Source of the DNA: a virus
Reading direction: 5' to 3' (one strand)
DNA: 64,000 bases
IMG/VR virus record: IMGVR_UViG_3300001533_000699
The notes under the pieces are model-generated. The model had not been told where the DNA came from and made no database searches. It was given only the letters and a program-made list of their open reading frames with translations. Numbering within the stretch: position 1 is the first letter of the stretch; each line of letters starts with the position of its first letter. A program made the position numbers and the translations under genes. Positions 37,102 through 46,868 of this stretch are shown here, in pieces.

Positions 37102-38207
37102 ACCTAAAACTATGTACATCATGCGGTGCGTGTGCTGGCGTTTGTCCAACCAACGCAATATCTATGGTTCGTGATAGTGTATCTCACAAACCAAGTATCG
37201 ATAAAGATATGTGCGTAGGGTGTGGTCGATGTCAAGAGGTTTGTCCAGGCCCAGGTTTTGATTATGAATACTACCATAAGCAAATTTTTGGAAGTATTCC
37301 AAACCACAAACTAGGTCATTATATCAATGTGTATGCTGGACACACAACAGATGCACAGATTCTTGCGAGTAGTCAAAGCGGTGGTTTTGTATCAACTCTA
37401 TTATGCTCATTATTAGAACAAGGAATCATACAAGGGGCAATTGTCTCAGCAAGACTGCCTAATGCGCCATTAGAGCCAGTGAGTTTTGTAGCGCGAACAA
37501 GAACAACAATATTGAGTGCTGTAGGCAGTATATATAATTCTGTGCCTACTGCTGAACTAATTAAGAATTTACTACAATTACCGGGTAAGTACGTGTTTGT
37601 GGGATTACCATGCCACATACACGCGATGCGTAAAGCTGAGCAACTATACCCACAACTCAAAAACGCTATACAGTGTTATATAGGACTGCATTGCCTGGGG
37701 GTGTTTACGTATAGTATATATGACCGCATATTCAGCATGTGTGGATTATCTCAAAAAGACATTAAGGAGTTTAGGCATAGAGATAAACGGTCTGGTATGC
37801 AACATGGTGGCGCATATATAGTTGACAACAACGATAACGTACATTTAATAGACCCCTATAAGTCTAGACTGCATAAACGAGAGCAATACACCAATCCTAG
37901 ATGTCTCGTGTGTATAGATAAAACTAATCAATTTTGTGATATATCATGCGGTGATTGTAGAATGCCGCGAGCGCATGCAGAATTCAAGAGGGAAAACTAC
38001 GACCCAAACGACGGTCTGTCAGAAATTGTTGTAAGAACACCTAGAGGTCAAAACACCATAGATAGATTACGTAACTTCTTGTATAAAACGTACACAGCCG
38101 ACGAAGTATTAAAATCTATATATGGAGGAATCAATAAAATAGATAGATTCGAAGAATGGTGTGATTTATTAGATATGTATCCTCTATACACCAATAAGGA
38201 TAACTGA
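37095..38207 (+). CDS. F420-reducing hydrogenase beta-subunit-like (FrhB/FdhB family) Fe-S protein
   Basis: Two CxxCxxCxxxCP motifs, SQSGG, GS.Y, VGLPCH, GL.C.G, C..C.D, DIS.GD; this family commonly pairs with pyruvyltransferases in polysaccharide loci. Confidence 0.85.
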   Translation: MLDLKLCTSCGACAGVCPTNAISMVRDSVSHKPSIDKDMCVGCGRCQEVCPGPGFDYEYYHKQIFGSIPNHKLGHYINVYAGHTTDAQILASSQSGGFVSTLLCSLLEQGIIQGAIVSARLPNAPLEPVSFVARTRTTILSAVGSIYNSVPTAELIKNLLQLPGKYVFVGLPCHIHAMRKAEQLYPQLKNAIQCYIGLHCLGVFTYSIYDRIFSMCGLSQKDIKEFRHRDKRSGMQHGGAYIVDNNDNVHLIDPYKSRLHKREQYTNPRCLVCIDKTNQFCDISCGDCRMPRAHAEFKRENYDPNDGLSEIVVRTPRGQNTIDRLRNFLYKTYTADEVLKSIYGGINKIDRFEEWCDLLDMYPLYTNKDN

Positions 38208-39178
38208 TGCAGCACGATATTCCACTAGTACACTTAGATAGTTGTAGGTGGTTAAAGCATAATCCTATGCCAGAACACACTAAAACGCTATATGCTACAC
38301 CTACACGTGATGATTTAGCAGTATGTATATGCTATTTTTCCTATTGCAGATATAAAAAGACATTACGCAATATATTGACTGTATTACAAGACCTACGTGA
38401 AGCAAATATTCCACACTATGTAATAGAGTTGCTATACCCAAACCAAACTAGTGTGGTACCCAACCCACACAAAATAGTTCATGCTGAAACAGTAATGTTC
38501 CATAAAGAAAATCTACACAATGTACTAGAGCCACACATACCATCAAAATACTCTAAGTTGTTATTCTTAGATGCTGATGTACGATTTACAATCCCAGACT
38601 GGTATGACCAAACTTCACATATTCTTGATAACGCAACAGTTATGCAACCAATGGGTGTATCTAGCTGGATATCATTTTGTAAACACACGGTCGCATACGG
38701 CGCGCTACAATGCCCAAATCAATTACTTGGGCTAGTAGAATATCATCCTGGTTTTGCGATTGGTATAACTAGGAGCGTGTTCCATGCTATTGGTGGTTTA
38801 TATGATAGAACAGTACTTGGTGCCGGTGATTCGCTATTTTGGGACAGTATGATACGCGCAACGGGGCATCCTGGGATTCGCTCTAAATACATGACGCATG
38901 TTGATTATGCTTTACAGGGTGATTATTTCAGTGAATATAAAGATAGATGTACCCAAAATCAGAGTAGTATCAAAATTGGTTGTTTATCCCACAATATAGC
39001 AACACATATGCCACATGGAGCAAGAGAAAACCGTCGTTATAGCGATAGGTCTAATGGTTGGAACATAGATGATTACGATATCTATAAAAACTCTGATGGT
39101 GTATATGAGTGGAGTGATAAAAAGTATGATAAATTAGCAAAAGAGTATTTTATCAATAGAAAAGAAGACGAAGATTAG
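38207..39178 (+). CDS. GT-A fold glycosyltransferase-like protein
   Basis: FHKE.L.N, FLDAD, PG.A, LG.GD, H..HG; similar to 42185. Confidence 0.65.
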   Translation: MQHDIPLVHLDSCRWLKHNPMPEHTKTLYATPTRDDLAVCICYFSYCRYKKTLRNILTVLQDLREANIPHYVIELLYPNQTSVVPNPHKIVHAETVMFHKENLHNVLEPHIPSKYSKLLFLDADVRFTIPDWYDQTSHILDNATVMQPMGVSSWISFCKHTVAYGALQCPNQLLGLVEYHPGFAIGITRSVFHAIGGLYDRTVLGAGDSLFWDSMIRATGHPGIRSKYMTHVDYALQGDYFSEYKDRCTQNQSSIKIGCLSHNIATHMPHGARENRRYSDRSNGWNIDDYDIYKNSDGVYEWSDKKYDKLAKEYFINRKEDED

Positions 39179-39180
39179 TC

Positions 39181-39954
39181 ATGGTTGTATTTCTTATACC
39201 GGTGCGACACCCAAATAGCGCGATAGATTATAATACGACATGGCAGCTTTTAATAGATTCTTTGCGTAATATTTATCGACAAACTGACGGCGATTGGCAC
39301 GCTATAATCACGGCAAATAAAATTCTGCATATGCCGCATGATTTACCGCTAGGCAATATCACGTTTTTAACATACTCTGGGGAAGAGTGTGGTCATACTC
39401 TGAAAAAATGGAATCAACAAAAGTTCCTAAAGCACAACAAAGACAAAGCAAATAAAAGGATGTGCGGAGTCAAATACGCTAAAGAGAATCTGAATCCAAA
39501 ATGGTATTTTATGATGGATGCAGACGACTATATATCTAATGATTTAGTGGAAACCATACACACCTTCCCTGCTAATATTAAATGTGTTACAATTGAGTGT
39601 GGGGTAGTTGTAAATACTATGAACGGTGTATGTACTTTAAATAATGACTTTAATAGATGCTGTGGTACATCTATTGGTTTCAAATCACAGTTCTTACACT
39701 TACATCTACATAATCGACAACTCATGTGGGCGTTATTGGGCAAACACATATTTTGTCAAAGTGGTGCGCATATGTGGAAACGACGTAAATTAGAGGATAA
39801 ACCATACGCAACATATATGATTCATGACGATAACCACGGATTACATTTATGGGGTGCTAAGAATTTGGTCGATACACACCATCAGCCAGTTTCCAACGTA
39901 GACAAAAAACGTCTGGGAATTTTAGGGTTGACAAAAAGAAAAATCCAGCTATAA
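39181..39954 (+). CDS. GT2-like glycosyltransferase
   Basis: FLIP, S...QTD, DK..K, MMDADD, CGTS. Confidence 0.65.
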   Translation: MVVFLIPVRHPNSAIDYNTTWQLLIDSLRNIYRQTDGDWHAIITANKILHMPHDLPLGNITFLTYSGEECGHTLKKWNQQKFLKHNKDKANKRMCGVKYAKENLNPKWYFMMDADDYISNDLVETIHTFPANIKCVTIECGVVVNTMNGVCTLNNDFNRCCGTSIGFKSQFLHLHLHNRQLMWALLGKHIFCQSGAHMWKRRKLEDKPYATYMIHDDNHGLHLWGAKNLVDTHHQPVSNVDKKRLGILGLTKRKIQL

Positions 39955-39955
39955 T
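39928..39955 (+). promoter_or_regulatory. promoter TTGACA-N16-TATAAT
   Basis: Perfect hexamers about 300 nt upstream of ssb. Confidence 0.7.
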
Positions 39956-40260
39956 ACAACTAATAATGACGAACAGATGTTCGCAAACATGGTCTTTAAT
40001 TATGAGTAGTGGCCTCGATATGAGGGTTGCCTGGTAACTTGCTATTACCAATCCGATGGTACTTATGTATCTATGTGACACGGGGGCAACGGTGCTATAC
40101 AAGCTGTACACCTATAGTTTTATTTATTTTAAAAAAGTTTTATGCGACGGCGCTTGCAAACCGCCCACAACATACAGCAATGTAGTTGTACACAACAAGC
40201 AGGACGTAATCTGCGTCCAAACATATTTTTCACTCAAAATAAACACAAAGGAGAAGCTGA

Positions 40261-40686
40261 ATGGCTGGAAGTTTTAACAAGGTCATTATCATGGGTAATC
40301 TAACCCGTGATGTAGAGTTGCGTTATATTCCAAGCGGTACTGCTGTAACAGATTTGGGTATCGCCGTGAACGAAAAGCGTAAAAACACCAACGGGGATGT
40401 TATTGAAGAGACGACATTTGTTGACGTAACTCTCTGGGGGCGTAACGCTGAGGTAGCCTCTAAGTATCTTAGTAAGGGCTCCCCAGTTCTTATTGAGGGT
40501 CGCCTACGTCTTGACCAGTGGGAAAACGCTGATGGAGAAAAGCGACAAAAGATGAAGGTTGTGTGTGACCGCATGCAAATGGTAGGCGGCAACCCAAACA
40601 CAAGCTCAGAAACAGCTAAGAGTTCAGGAACAAAGCAAGAACAAAGTTCTGAACCAGTAGATACGGATGATGACATCCCATTCTAA
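40261..40686 (+). CDS. ssb: single-stranded DNA-binding protein
   Basis: [29 protein letters not shown], acidic DDDIPF tail. Confidence 0.96.
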   Translation: MAGSFNKVIIMGNLTRDVELRYIPSGTAVTDLGIAVNEKRKNTNGDVIEETTFVDVTLWGRNAEVASKYLSKGSPVLIEGRLRLDQWENADGEKRQKMKVVCDRMQMVGGNPNTSSETAKSSGTKQEQSSEPVDTDDDIPF

Positions 40687-41416
40687 GATAGCGTATTTGT
40701 TTTTGGTATATAGCGATGTATACCATCCACAGGTGTGGGAAAAGTATTTCACTGGCGAATCAGACAACGTAAAAATATGTTGTCATGCCGCCAACAGAAA
40801 GCAAACTACCACACCATTTATACGCAACAATCTGATTCCATACTGGGTTTCTACTAAGTGGGCCGGGCTAGGTTTAGTCTTGGCCCACTTAGAGTTAATT
40901 CGTTATGCTTTACGTGACCCAAGTGTACAAAGGCTTGTGTTGTGTTCAGAAAGCTGTATACCGATTAAGTCATATAAAAAAACTCGCCAACTGTTATTCG
41001 ACACAGACGCTACTTGGTTACGCACTACGACACAATATACCTCAAGAATGTCTCGCGTTACTACAATACCAAAACAACACCACAGACATCATTCTCAATG
41101 GGTAGCTCTAACTAGAGAACACGCCTCTATGTTAGTTCGTTTCAACTTTCTAGGAGATTTTATCAATTGTGTAGTACCAGACGAACATTATGTTGGGTCA
41201 GTATTAGTACATCTTGGCGAAGCAGAACGCATATTACAAAAAAGCCAAACATATGCACAATGGTATAAACTGTCACCGGTTCAGTTCACACCAAGAGAAC
41301 ACACACAAATATCTACTCAATTGATACAAAACTTGAAAAAATCCGATGCTTTATTTGCTAGAAAATTTCCCGCAAATAGTTGCATAAACCAACATTGGAA
41401 GGATATCATAGAGTGA
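40667..41416 (+). CDS. core-2/I-branching (GT14-like) glycosyltransferase
   Basis: KIAYLFL, T.W, SESCIP, SQW..L.R, PDEHY, LFARKF. Confidence 0.8.
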   Translation: MMTSHSKIAYLFLVYSDVYHPQVWEKYFTGESDNVKICCHAANRKQTTTPFIRNNLIPYWVSTKWAGLGLVLAHLELIRYALRDPSVQRLVLCSESCIPIKSYKKTRQLLFDTDATWLRTTTQYTSRMSRVTTIPKQHHRHHSQWVALTREHASMLVRFNFLGDFINCVVPDEHYVGSVLVHLGEAERILQKSQTYAQWYKLSPVQFTPREHTQISTQLIQNLKKSDALFARKFPANSCINQHWKDIIE

Positions 41417-42246
41417 GTTTTATACAGAAAGTCAAAACCAGAGTTCATAATGCCAACGAATTCGCTAAATTTAAGAATTTAGTAACTGCATACAGCCTAT
41501 GTATCAAACACGATATTATAATACCAAAGCTGTATTTTATTCTTTCACAAGAAGAAGCTACTGCAACATCATACGAAGATTTATATCATCGTTTACCTAA
41601 TCTGTTCACCATAAGACCAAGCATATTTCTAAATAATAAGTATGATTATATGTTGCGTGATGACGGTCTTACGCTGCATAATTTTGCAACCGGTCAAGAC
41701 GACCAACCACAAAACATATATAAGACCCAATGCGATGCAATGCAAAGCATTGATAATTCTTCTTTATTGTTTGAAGAGTTCCCATTAGTAAATCATGTGT
41801 TACAATACCCCACACACTATCGTTTACACACGTTTTACGGTGGTGTAGCACTAATACAAATAGTTAAAGTCGATGGAAAAATGGGTTGGTGCAATAACCA
41901 GGGTAAGATATTGGCGACCACCAATGACAACACATCCTTACAGTCTCACGACATACCACAGCATAAGGCTATGGAATCGTTAGTGAATGCTGGGCGAAAA
42001 CTATCCCTAGCCACAAAACAACCATATATTAGAATCGACTTTGTGTTATCTACTCACGGCCCTATGTTTAGAAGCTTTGCGTGTATCCCAGGAGATGTTC
42101 GTTCACAAACATTCGCAACATTCTATCAACAAATAGACGAACAACTTGATAATGAGTGGATAGCAGCAGAAGAAAGAATAAAGAATGCCGATAATCCTAC
42201 CACAAAACCAACAATTAGTACAGACACGCCAGATGACAACGCCTAA
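41380..42246 (+). CDS. ATP-grasp-like protein (TupA-like, degenerate)
   Basis: LLFEEF, YR.H.F.G, YIRIDF, PG motifs. Confidence 0.5.
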   Translation: MHKPTLEGYHRVSFIQKVKTRVHNANEFAKFKNLVTAYSLCIKHDIIIPKLYFILSQEEATATSYEDLYHRLPNLFTIRPSIFLNNKYDYMLRDDGLTLHNFATGQDDQPQNIYKTQCDAMQSIDNSSLLFEEFPLVNHVLQYPTHYRLHTFYGGVALIQIVKVDGKMGWCNNQGKILATTNDNTSLQSHDIPQHKAMESLVNAGRKLSLATKQPYIRIDFVLSTHGPMFRSFACIPGDVRSQTFATFYQQIDEQLDNEWIAAEERIKNADNPTTKPTISTDTPDDNA

Positions 42247-43195
42247 GATTGATGTAGTAGACCTAACTGGTACATTGTGTTGTATCAGTAGTTATTTTAA
42301 TCCAATTGGTTGGAAAAGTAGATATGATAATTTTTGCATATTCTATGAACGCATGCTGCGTCAAAACGTCAATCTGTTAATTGGTGAAGTAGCATTACAT
42401 GATAGAGGTTTTCAACTACAAAATATTGTCAACGAAGAGCACCTAGCTTTTCAATTATGTGCACCAAATATATTGTGGCACAAAGAAAGCGTTTTGTCCT
42501 TACTATTGGGGCACCTTCCTGCTAATTGTGATAAAGTATGTTGGATAGACGCAGATATTTTAGTACAAAACAATGATTGGGTAGAACAAATAAACAATGC
42601 GCTCAATATGTATCGCGTTGTACAAGGCTTTAATTGGTGTGGAATGCTGCCTCACGGAGTAGAAGACGTTGACCGCATCGGAATTCATAGTTTTCCCACG
42701 GGTTTTCAAGACTGTCATAAATGCTATAGCTACATCAATGGCTTATTGAATAATGAACCGAAGTATTATAGTGGACAGCCAGGAATAATGTGGGCAGCTC
42801 GACGCTCTGTGTTAGAACGCATAGGATTCTATAAACATTGCGTCCTTGGTGGGGCAGACTATCTAACGGCGCGAGCGATGGCATACAAACATTATGACCC
42901 AAAAACATGTGAATTATTTAGTAAATTTAATTTAGCAACATATTTTCCATGGGCGCAAAACTGTGCGGAACAAGTAGACTTTAGCATTAACTATGTGTCT
43001 AATGTGGTATATCATTTGTATCATGGTCATATAGACGATAGAGGACACAACCATAGGCTACAACTACTTCGTGAGCTAGAGTTTGACCCACGAATAGATA
43101 TCAATGAACTAGAGAATGGTCTATGTAACTTCACAGATATTGGGGAAAGATTCATGGAGCCAACCAAACAGTTTTTTATACAAAGGAAAGAATAA
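42185..43195 (+). CDS. GT-A fold glycosyltransferase-like protein
   Basis: YFNP, WHKE..L, WIDAD, PG..WA.RR, LGG.D, HLYHG. Confidence 0.7.
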   Translation: MPIILPQNQQLVQTRQMTTPKIDVVDLTGTLCCISSYFNPIGWKSRYDNFCIFYERMLRQNVNLLIGEVALHDRGFQLQNIVNEEHLAFQLCAPNILWHKESVLSLLLGHLPANCDKVCWIDADILVQNNDWVEQINNALNMYRVVQGFNWCGMLPHGVEDVDRIGIHSFPTGFQDCHKCYSYINGLLNNEPKYYSGQPGIMWAARRSVLERIGFYKHCVLGGADYLTARAMAYKHYDPKTCELFSKFNLATYFPWAQNCAEQVDFSINYVSNVVYHLYHGHIDDRGHNHRLQLLRELEFDPRIDINELENGLCNFTDIGERFMEPTKQFFIQRKE

Positions 43196-44259
43196 TGGAC
43201 CTTAACTATATGGCACCAATCAATCCTCTGGGATATGGCAATGTGGGTGTAAATATTCTATATGCGCTTGTTCAGCAAAATGTAGACGTAAAACTATGGC
43301 CAATTGGTAAGGTATACTGTGCTAAACAATATTCGGCTATCGTAGAACATGCTAGAGATACACGCCATTGGTATAATGTATCAGCAACTAGTCTAAAACT
43401 ATGGCATCAGTTTGATTTAGCTCAACATGTTGGCCATGGCATGCACATCGGATTTCCTATTTTTGAACTCGATAATTTCACAGACCAAGAATATCGAGAG
43501 CTTGACGGTGTGGATATGTTATTTGTGTGTTCGCAGTGGGCTAAGAGTGTAATAGAAAAAAGATTACCCCATACTAAGTCTAAGGGCAACGTAGTTGTTG
43601 TGCCACTAGGAGTAGACCGCAATATATTTCATGAAAATATAGGCACGCCAGAACCACAGTGGACTACATTTCTCAATATTGGTAAATGGGAATACCGTAA
43701 GGGACATGACGTAATATGTGAAGCATTTTCTAAAGCATTTGAACCAAAAGACCGAGTACGGTTATGGATGATGAATCACAATCCATTTTTAACCACAGAA
43801 CAAACACTCAAGTGGCATCAGACATATAAAAAATCCCGCATGGGACACCGCATTAGTTTTCTCAGTCGCGTGGAAACGCAAGAACAAGTGGCGAAAATTA
43901 TGTCAGAAGCTGATTGCGGCGTATTTCCTGCCAGAGCCGAAGGATGGAACCTAGAATTACTAGAAATGATGTCATTGGGTAAGCCTGTAATTACTACGAA
44001 CCTAGCTGGACACACAGAGTTTTGTAATCATAATAACGCACTGCTAATTGACGTAACCGAACAAGAAATTGCGCATGATGGTGTATTTTTCGTGGAGCCT
44101 GTGGGTAGCTGGGGAAAGTTTGAGAAAAAAGATATAGACCAACTAGTAGAATACATGCGATATGTTCATCTACATAAACCTGACAACACCAACGGTATCA
44201 CTACTGCTAAACAATTTTCTTGGCAAAACACAGCCTCAATTATCAAAACCCATATTTAG
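43195..44259 (+). CDS. GT4 (GT-B) glycosyltransferase
   Basis: LGVD...F, GKWEYRKG.D, FP.RAEGWNL.L.E.M..GKPVI.T. Confidence 0.88.
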   Translation: MDLNYMAPINPLGYGNVGVNILYALVQQNVDVKLWPIGKVYCAKQYSAIVEHARDTRHWYNVSATSLKLWHQFDLAQHVGHGMHIGFPIFELDNFTDQEYRELDGVDMLFVCSQWAKSVIEKRLPHTKSKGNVVVVPLGVDRNIFHENIGTPEPQWTTFLNIGKWEYRKGHDVICEAFSKAFEPKDRVRLWMMNHNPFLTTEQTLKWHQTYKKSRMGHRISFLSRVETQEQVAKIMSEADCGVFPARAEGWNLELLEMMSLGKPVITTNLAGHTEFCNHNNALLIDVTEQEIAHDGVFFVEPVGSWGKFEKKDIDQLVEYMRYVHLHKPDNTNGITTAKQFSWQNTASIIKTHI

Positions 44260-44765
44260 GAGAAACAAGTGTTTGTATTAGATAGAGCACGTAAAAAAAA
44301 GACGGTCCATAAGCTACAATCCAAACAAATAGCAGAAATTATCGACAATAATGGTAAACATAGCATTATAAGAGACCATCAAAATAAACACTGGATGACA
44401 GTTCCTAGTGCTAGCGGCGTAGATTTATATCCAATGGAACAAATATAGGAGAATACATATGTCTGTAGAATTTCCAAGAGATGACATTGTAACCGAAGTG
44501 ATTAGCCCTAGTGTAGGGCAAGAAAATGAATTGGAAGCTGGCGAATATATAATTATTGTACCCGAAGGTCAGAAAGCTATAATTAGATATGAAAAAATCT
44601 AATGATATACCAGAATGGATGAAAGAACGTACTATACATGTGATATACTTACGTGATATAGGATATGATTCAAGTACTTTATCAAATGCAACTAACAGTG
44701 ATGTAAAGAAATGGTACGAAGCAGAGAAAACTAAGCAGGGAAGCCCACCCTGCTAATTTTTCGTC

Positions 44766-44793
44766 TTGACTTTTGTGTATTTTGGTGTATAAT
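44766..44793 (+). promoter_or_regulatory. promoter TTGACT-N16-TATAAT
   Basis: Upstream of tRNA-Ala. Confidence 0.65.
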
Positions 44794-44805
44794 ATGGTTG
44801 TCTGG

Positions 44806-44881
44806 GGGCCAAGGGATACTGTTGGGAGTATCACTAGTCTTGCAAACTAGGTTTTCGCCGGTTCGATTCCGGCTTGGTCCA
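44806..44881 (+). tRNA. tRNA-Ala(TGC)
   Basis: CTAGT-CTTGCAA-ACTAG; G3.U70 in GGGCCAA/TTGGTCC. Confidence 0.85.
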
Positions 44882-44883
44882 CT

Positions 44884-45057
44884 ATGCTAATGAAAAAAAT
44901 AGTCATTACACACATAAAAGACCATAGATTAGAAGAAATTGGTCTGTGTGTTGGCCAAGTAGTTTGGTTATTGCAAAAGAACCCATTGATTATTAAGGTC
45001 AATCACTATAGTAAGTTGTGCTTAAGAGACTTGATAGAATATGAGTATCAACAATAA
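44884..45057 (+). CDS. FeoA-like SH3 domain small protein
   Basis: 57 aa, below the ORF-track cutoff: ...HRLEEIGLCVGQVV.LLQKNPLIIKV...SKLCLR. Confidence 0.5.
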   Translation: MLMKKIVITHIKDHRLEEIGLCVGQVVWLLQKNPLIIKVNHYSKLCLRDLIEYEYQQ

Positions 45058-45060
45058 TGA

Positions 45061-45224
45061 TGTGTCACCTACATACTAGCTATAGATGGTAAAGTGGTGA
45101 GGTAATCAGGATAAGCTTAATCCTGGCGAGTAGTGGTTTAGCGGCCATGAAGCGCGACACATGCTACAGAACAGCCCGACTATGAATCGGTAACTGAAAG
45201 TTGTGTGACACGAGGGAGAGACCC
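45061..45224 (+). ncRNA. candidate structured ncRNA
   Basis: TGTGTCAC/GTGACACG closing stem with internal hairpins CAGGAT/ATCCTG, CCGA/TCGG, TAAC/GTTG. Confidence 0.45.
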
Positions 45225-45229
45225 GACAT

Positions 45230-45300
45230 GCGGGTGTCGTATAATGGTAATACTTTTGGCTTCCAACCAAATGATGCCCGTTCGATTCGGGTCACCCGCA
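45230..45300 (+). tRNA. tRNA-Gly(TCC)
   Basis: TTTGG-CTTCCAA-CCAAA. Confidence 0.9.
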
Positions 45301-45316
45301 CTAAATTGATACAAAT

Positions 45317-45388
45317 GGCTCGTTGGTGTCAAAGTAGCATACTTCTCTCTTAAAGAAGTTGGTCTCAGTGCAAGTCTGGGGCGGGCCA
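45317..45388 (+). tRNA. tRNA-Lys(CTT)
   Basis: CTTCT-CTCTTAA-AGAAG; atypical T loop TGCAAGT. Confidence 0.75.
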
Positions 45389-45412
45389 CTATTTATACCT
45401 GGACGTTATTAT

Positions 45413-45482
45413 GGCCCCTCCGAGGGATTGCGGCTTGATGACTACGAATCATTGATGGGCGGTTCAACTCCGTTAGGGGCTA
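45413..45482 (+). tRNA. tRNA-Arg(ACG)
   Basis: GATGA-CTACGAA-TCATT; GGCCCCT/AGGGGCT; weak D arm. Confidence 0.72.
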
Positions 45483-45502
45483 CTTGCGGTAGCTGAATGA
45501 CG

Positions 45503-45550
45503 GCACCGGTCGCGCGATGCACCTGTCGTGCGATGCACCTGTCGTGCGAG
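45503..45550 (+). repeat. 3 x 16-bp tandem repeat matching the D arm of the downstream tRNA-Ile
   Basis: GCACCGGTCGCGCGAT, GCACCTGTCGTGCGAT, GCACCTGTCGTGCGAG versus GCACCGGTCGTGCGAT at 45569-45584. Confidence 0.9.
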
Positions 45551-45559
45551 GCTCCAAAT

Positions 45560-45631
45560 GGTATGTGCGCACCGGTCGTGCGATTTTGCCTGATAAGCAA
45601 AATGTGTAGAGTTCGACTCTCTAACATACCA
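45560..45631 (+). tRNA. tRNA-Ile(GAT)
   Basis: TTTGC-CTGATAA-GCAAA; GGTATGT/ACATACC. Confidence 0.82.
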
Positions 45632-45655
45632 CTTCACTATGTATGAAAGGTTAGC

Positions 45656-46090
45656 ATGTATATAAATCATTGGCGACACAAAATTAACATTGACTCGTAC
45701 GCTCATATGAAAGCAGTACGTTATTGTGTAAAGCATTATGTGTCTGGTGACCCAGAGGCGTTGGAAGCGTACTATTTTCCTTTGGGAACACAAAATAATG
45801 AAATACGCTTGGTGGTTGTAAGTGAATCGCGAACCAAACCACAATATAGTTCAGAAAACGCTACAATAAATTTTGGCGTTAGAGTTAAGGGCTTTCTATA
45901 TACATTGATAATCATAGACTTAAATGAAACAGAGTGGCGACATGTTTTAGACGAAACGTTATCACTACCTATTGCATTTAATATGAACTATGTTCAACAA
46001 GTGTACAATAGAGACATTGTTAAAATTGACAATAAAAACGACATCATCAGTACTCGTTATAGATATAATACAACTAGTTTGTTGGAATAG
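45656..46090 (+). CDS. hypothetical protein
   Basis: ORF with RBS. Confidence 0.55.
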   Translation: MYINHWRHKINIDSYAHMKAVRYCVKHYVSGDPEALEAYYFPLGTQNNEIRLVVVSESRTKPQYSSENATINFGVRVKGFLYTLIIIDLNETEWRHVLDETLSLPIAFNMNYVQQVYNRDIVKIDNKNDIISTRYRYNTTSLLE

Positions 46091-46138
46091 ACATAAAGAT
46101 TCTGTATATACTATGTTTTATGTTAGGAGAATAACGCG

Positions 46139-46435
46139 ATGAAAGTTCGTCAAGGGTTTGTGAGTAACAGCTCTACTACTAGTTTTTGTATTTATGGTGT
46201 TGGCACAAATGAACCTGTTTCTGCCTCAGATATTAAAAAGGCAGGTCTGTCCTATGAGTATTTTCAAGAATATTCAGAGCATAAATTGGCAATAGGATTA
46301 CCATTTACAGACATAGAAAACCATGAAACCGGCGCTGAATTTAAAAGTCGCGTAAGAACAGCGGTGCGCAAGGTATTGCCAACTGTATCAGACGATGACT
46401 TTGGTGTGCAAGAAGACGCATATAGAGATGGTTAA
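46139..46435 (+). CDS. MKVRQGFVSNSSTTSF-motif protein (paralog 3)
   Basis: Shared N-terminal motif; RBS AGGAG. Confidence 0.75.
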   Translation: MKVRQGFVSNSSTTSFCIYGVGTNEPVSASDIKKAGLSYEYFQEYSEHKLAIGLPFTDIENHETGAEFKSRVRTAVRKVLPTVSDDDFGVQEDAYRDG

Positions 46436-46441
46436 TCAGCC

Positions 46442-46714
46442 ATGTTAAAGAAGAGCGACATTAAGATAGAATACACCAAGGGCAAAGGCCCAGGCGGTCA
46501 ACATAAAAACAAAGTGGAGACCATGGTAGTCGCTACACATATTCCGACTGGAATTAAGGCAAGCGTAGACGGTCGAAGTCGCAAGGCTAATCAAGTTGCG
46601 GCTCTTAAAGAACTAGAGTACAGAGTACGACAAAAAGGATTGGAACTACAAGCTAAAGCCAACAGTTGCCCCATCAGATATTGTGCGGACTTTCAAGAGC
46701 ATATCAGCCATTGA
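46442..46714 (+). pseudogene. GGQ peptide-chain-release-factor-like gene, 5' part (disrupted)
   Basis: GPGGQHKNKVET.V..THIPTGI....RS...N...A; reads into tnpA sequence after about 46657. Confidence 0.8.
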
Positions 46715-46868
46715 GTTGTTCAAGAAGTTCTATGCACTTAAAAACTTCTACTCTCGTTGTGGTTCATTGTGGTCGGAAGGAAAATTCATTAGCACTATTG
46801 GTTTTGTCAGTGCTGATACAATTAAAAGATACATTCAAGAGCAAAAAGAGTTTGATGAGGACGAGTGA
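46659..46868 (+). pseudogene. tnpA: IS200-type Y1 transposase C-terminal remnant
   Basis: PTVAPSDIVRTFKSIS...LWSEG.F.ST.G.VS..TI..YI..Q; HUH half missing. Confidence 0.8.

Noticed and set aside
37095-38207. Evidence of methanogen-like F420 hydrogen metabolism or an archaeal host
   Set aside because: FrhB-like genes commonly accompany pyruvyltransferases in bacterial polysaccharide loci; the promoters, RBSs, tmRNA and SSB are bacterial.
40005-40092. SAM-I or purine riboswitch
   Set aside because: Only isolated words (GGCAAC, GGTGCTA, GATATG) match; the required order and P1 elements are absent.
45503-45550. Possible CRISPR mini-array
   Set aside because: Units are 16 bp, directly adjacent with no spacers, and match a tRNA D arm; no cas genes are present.
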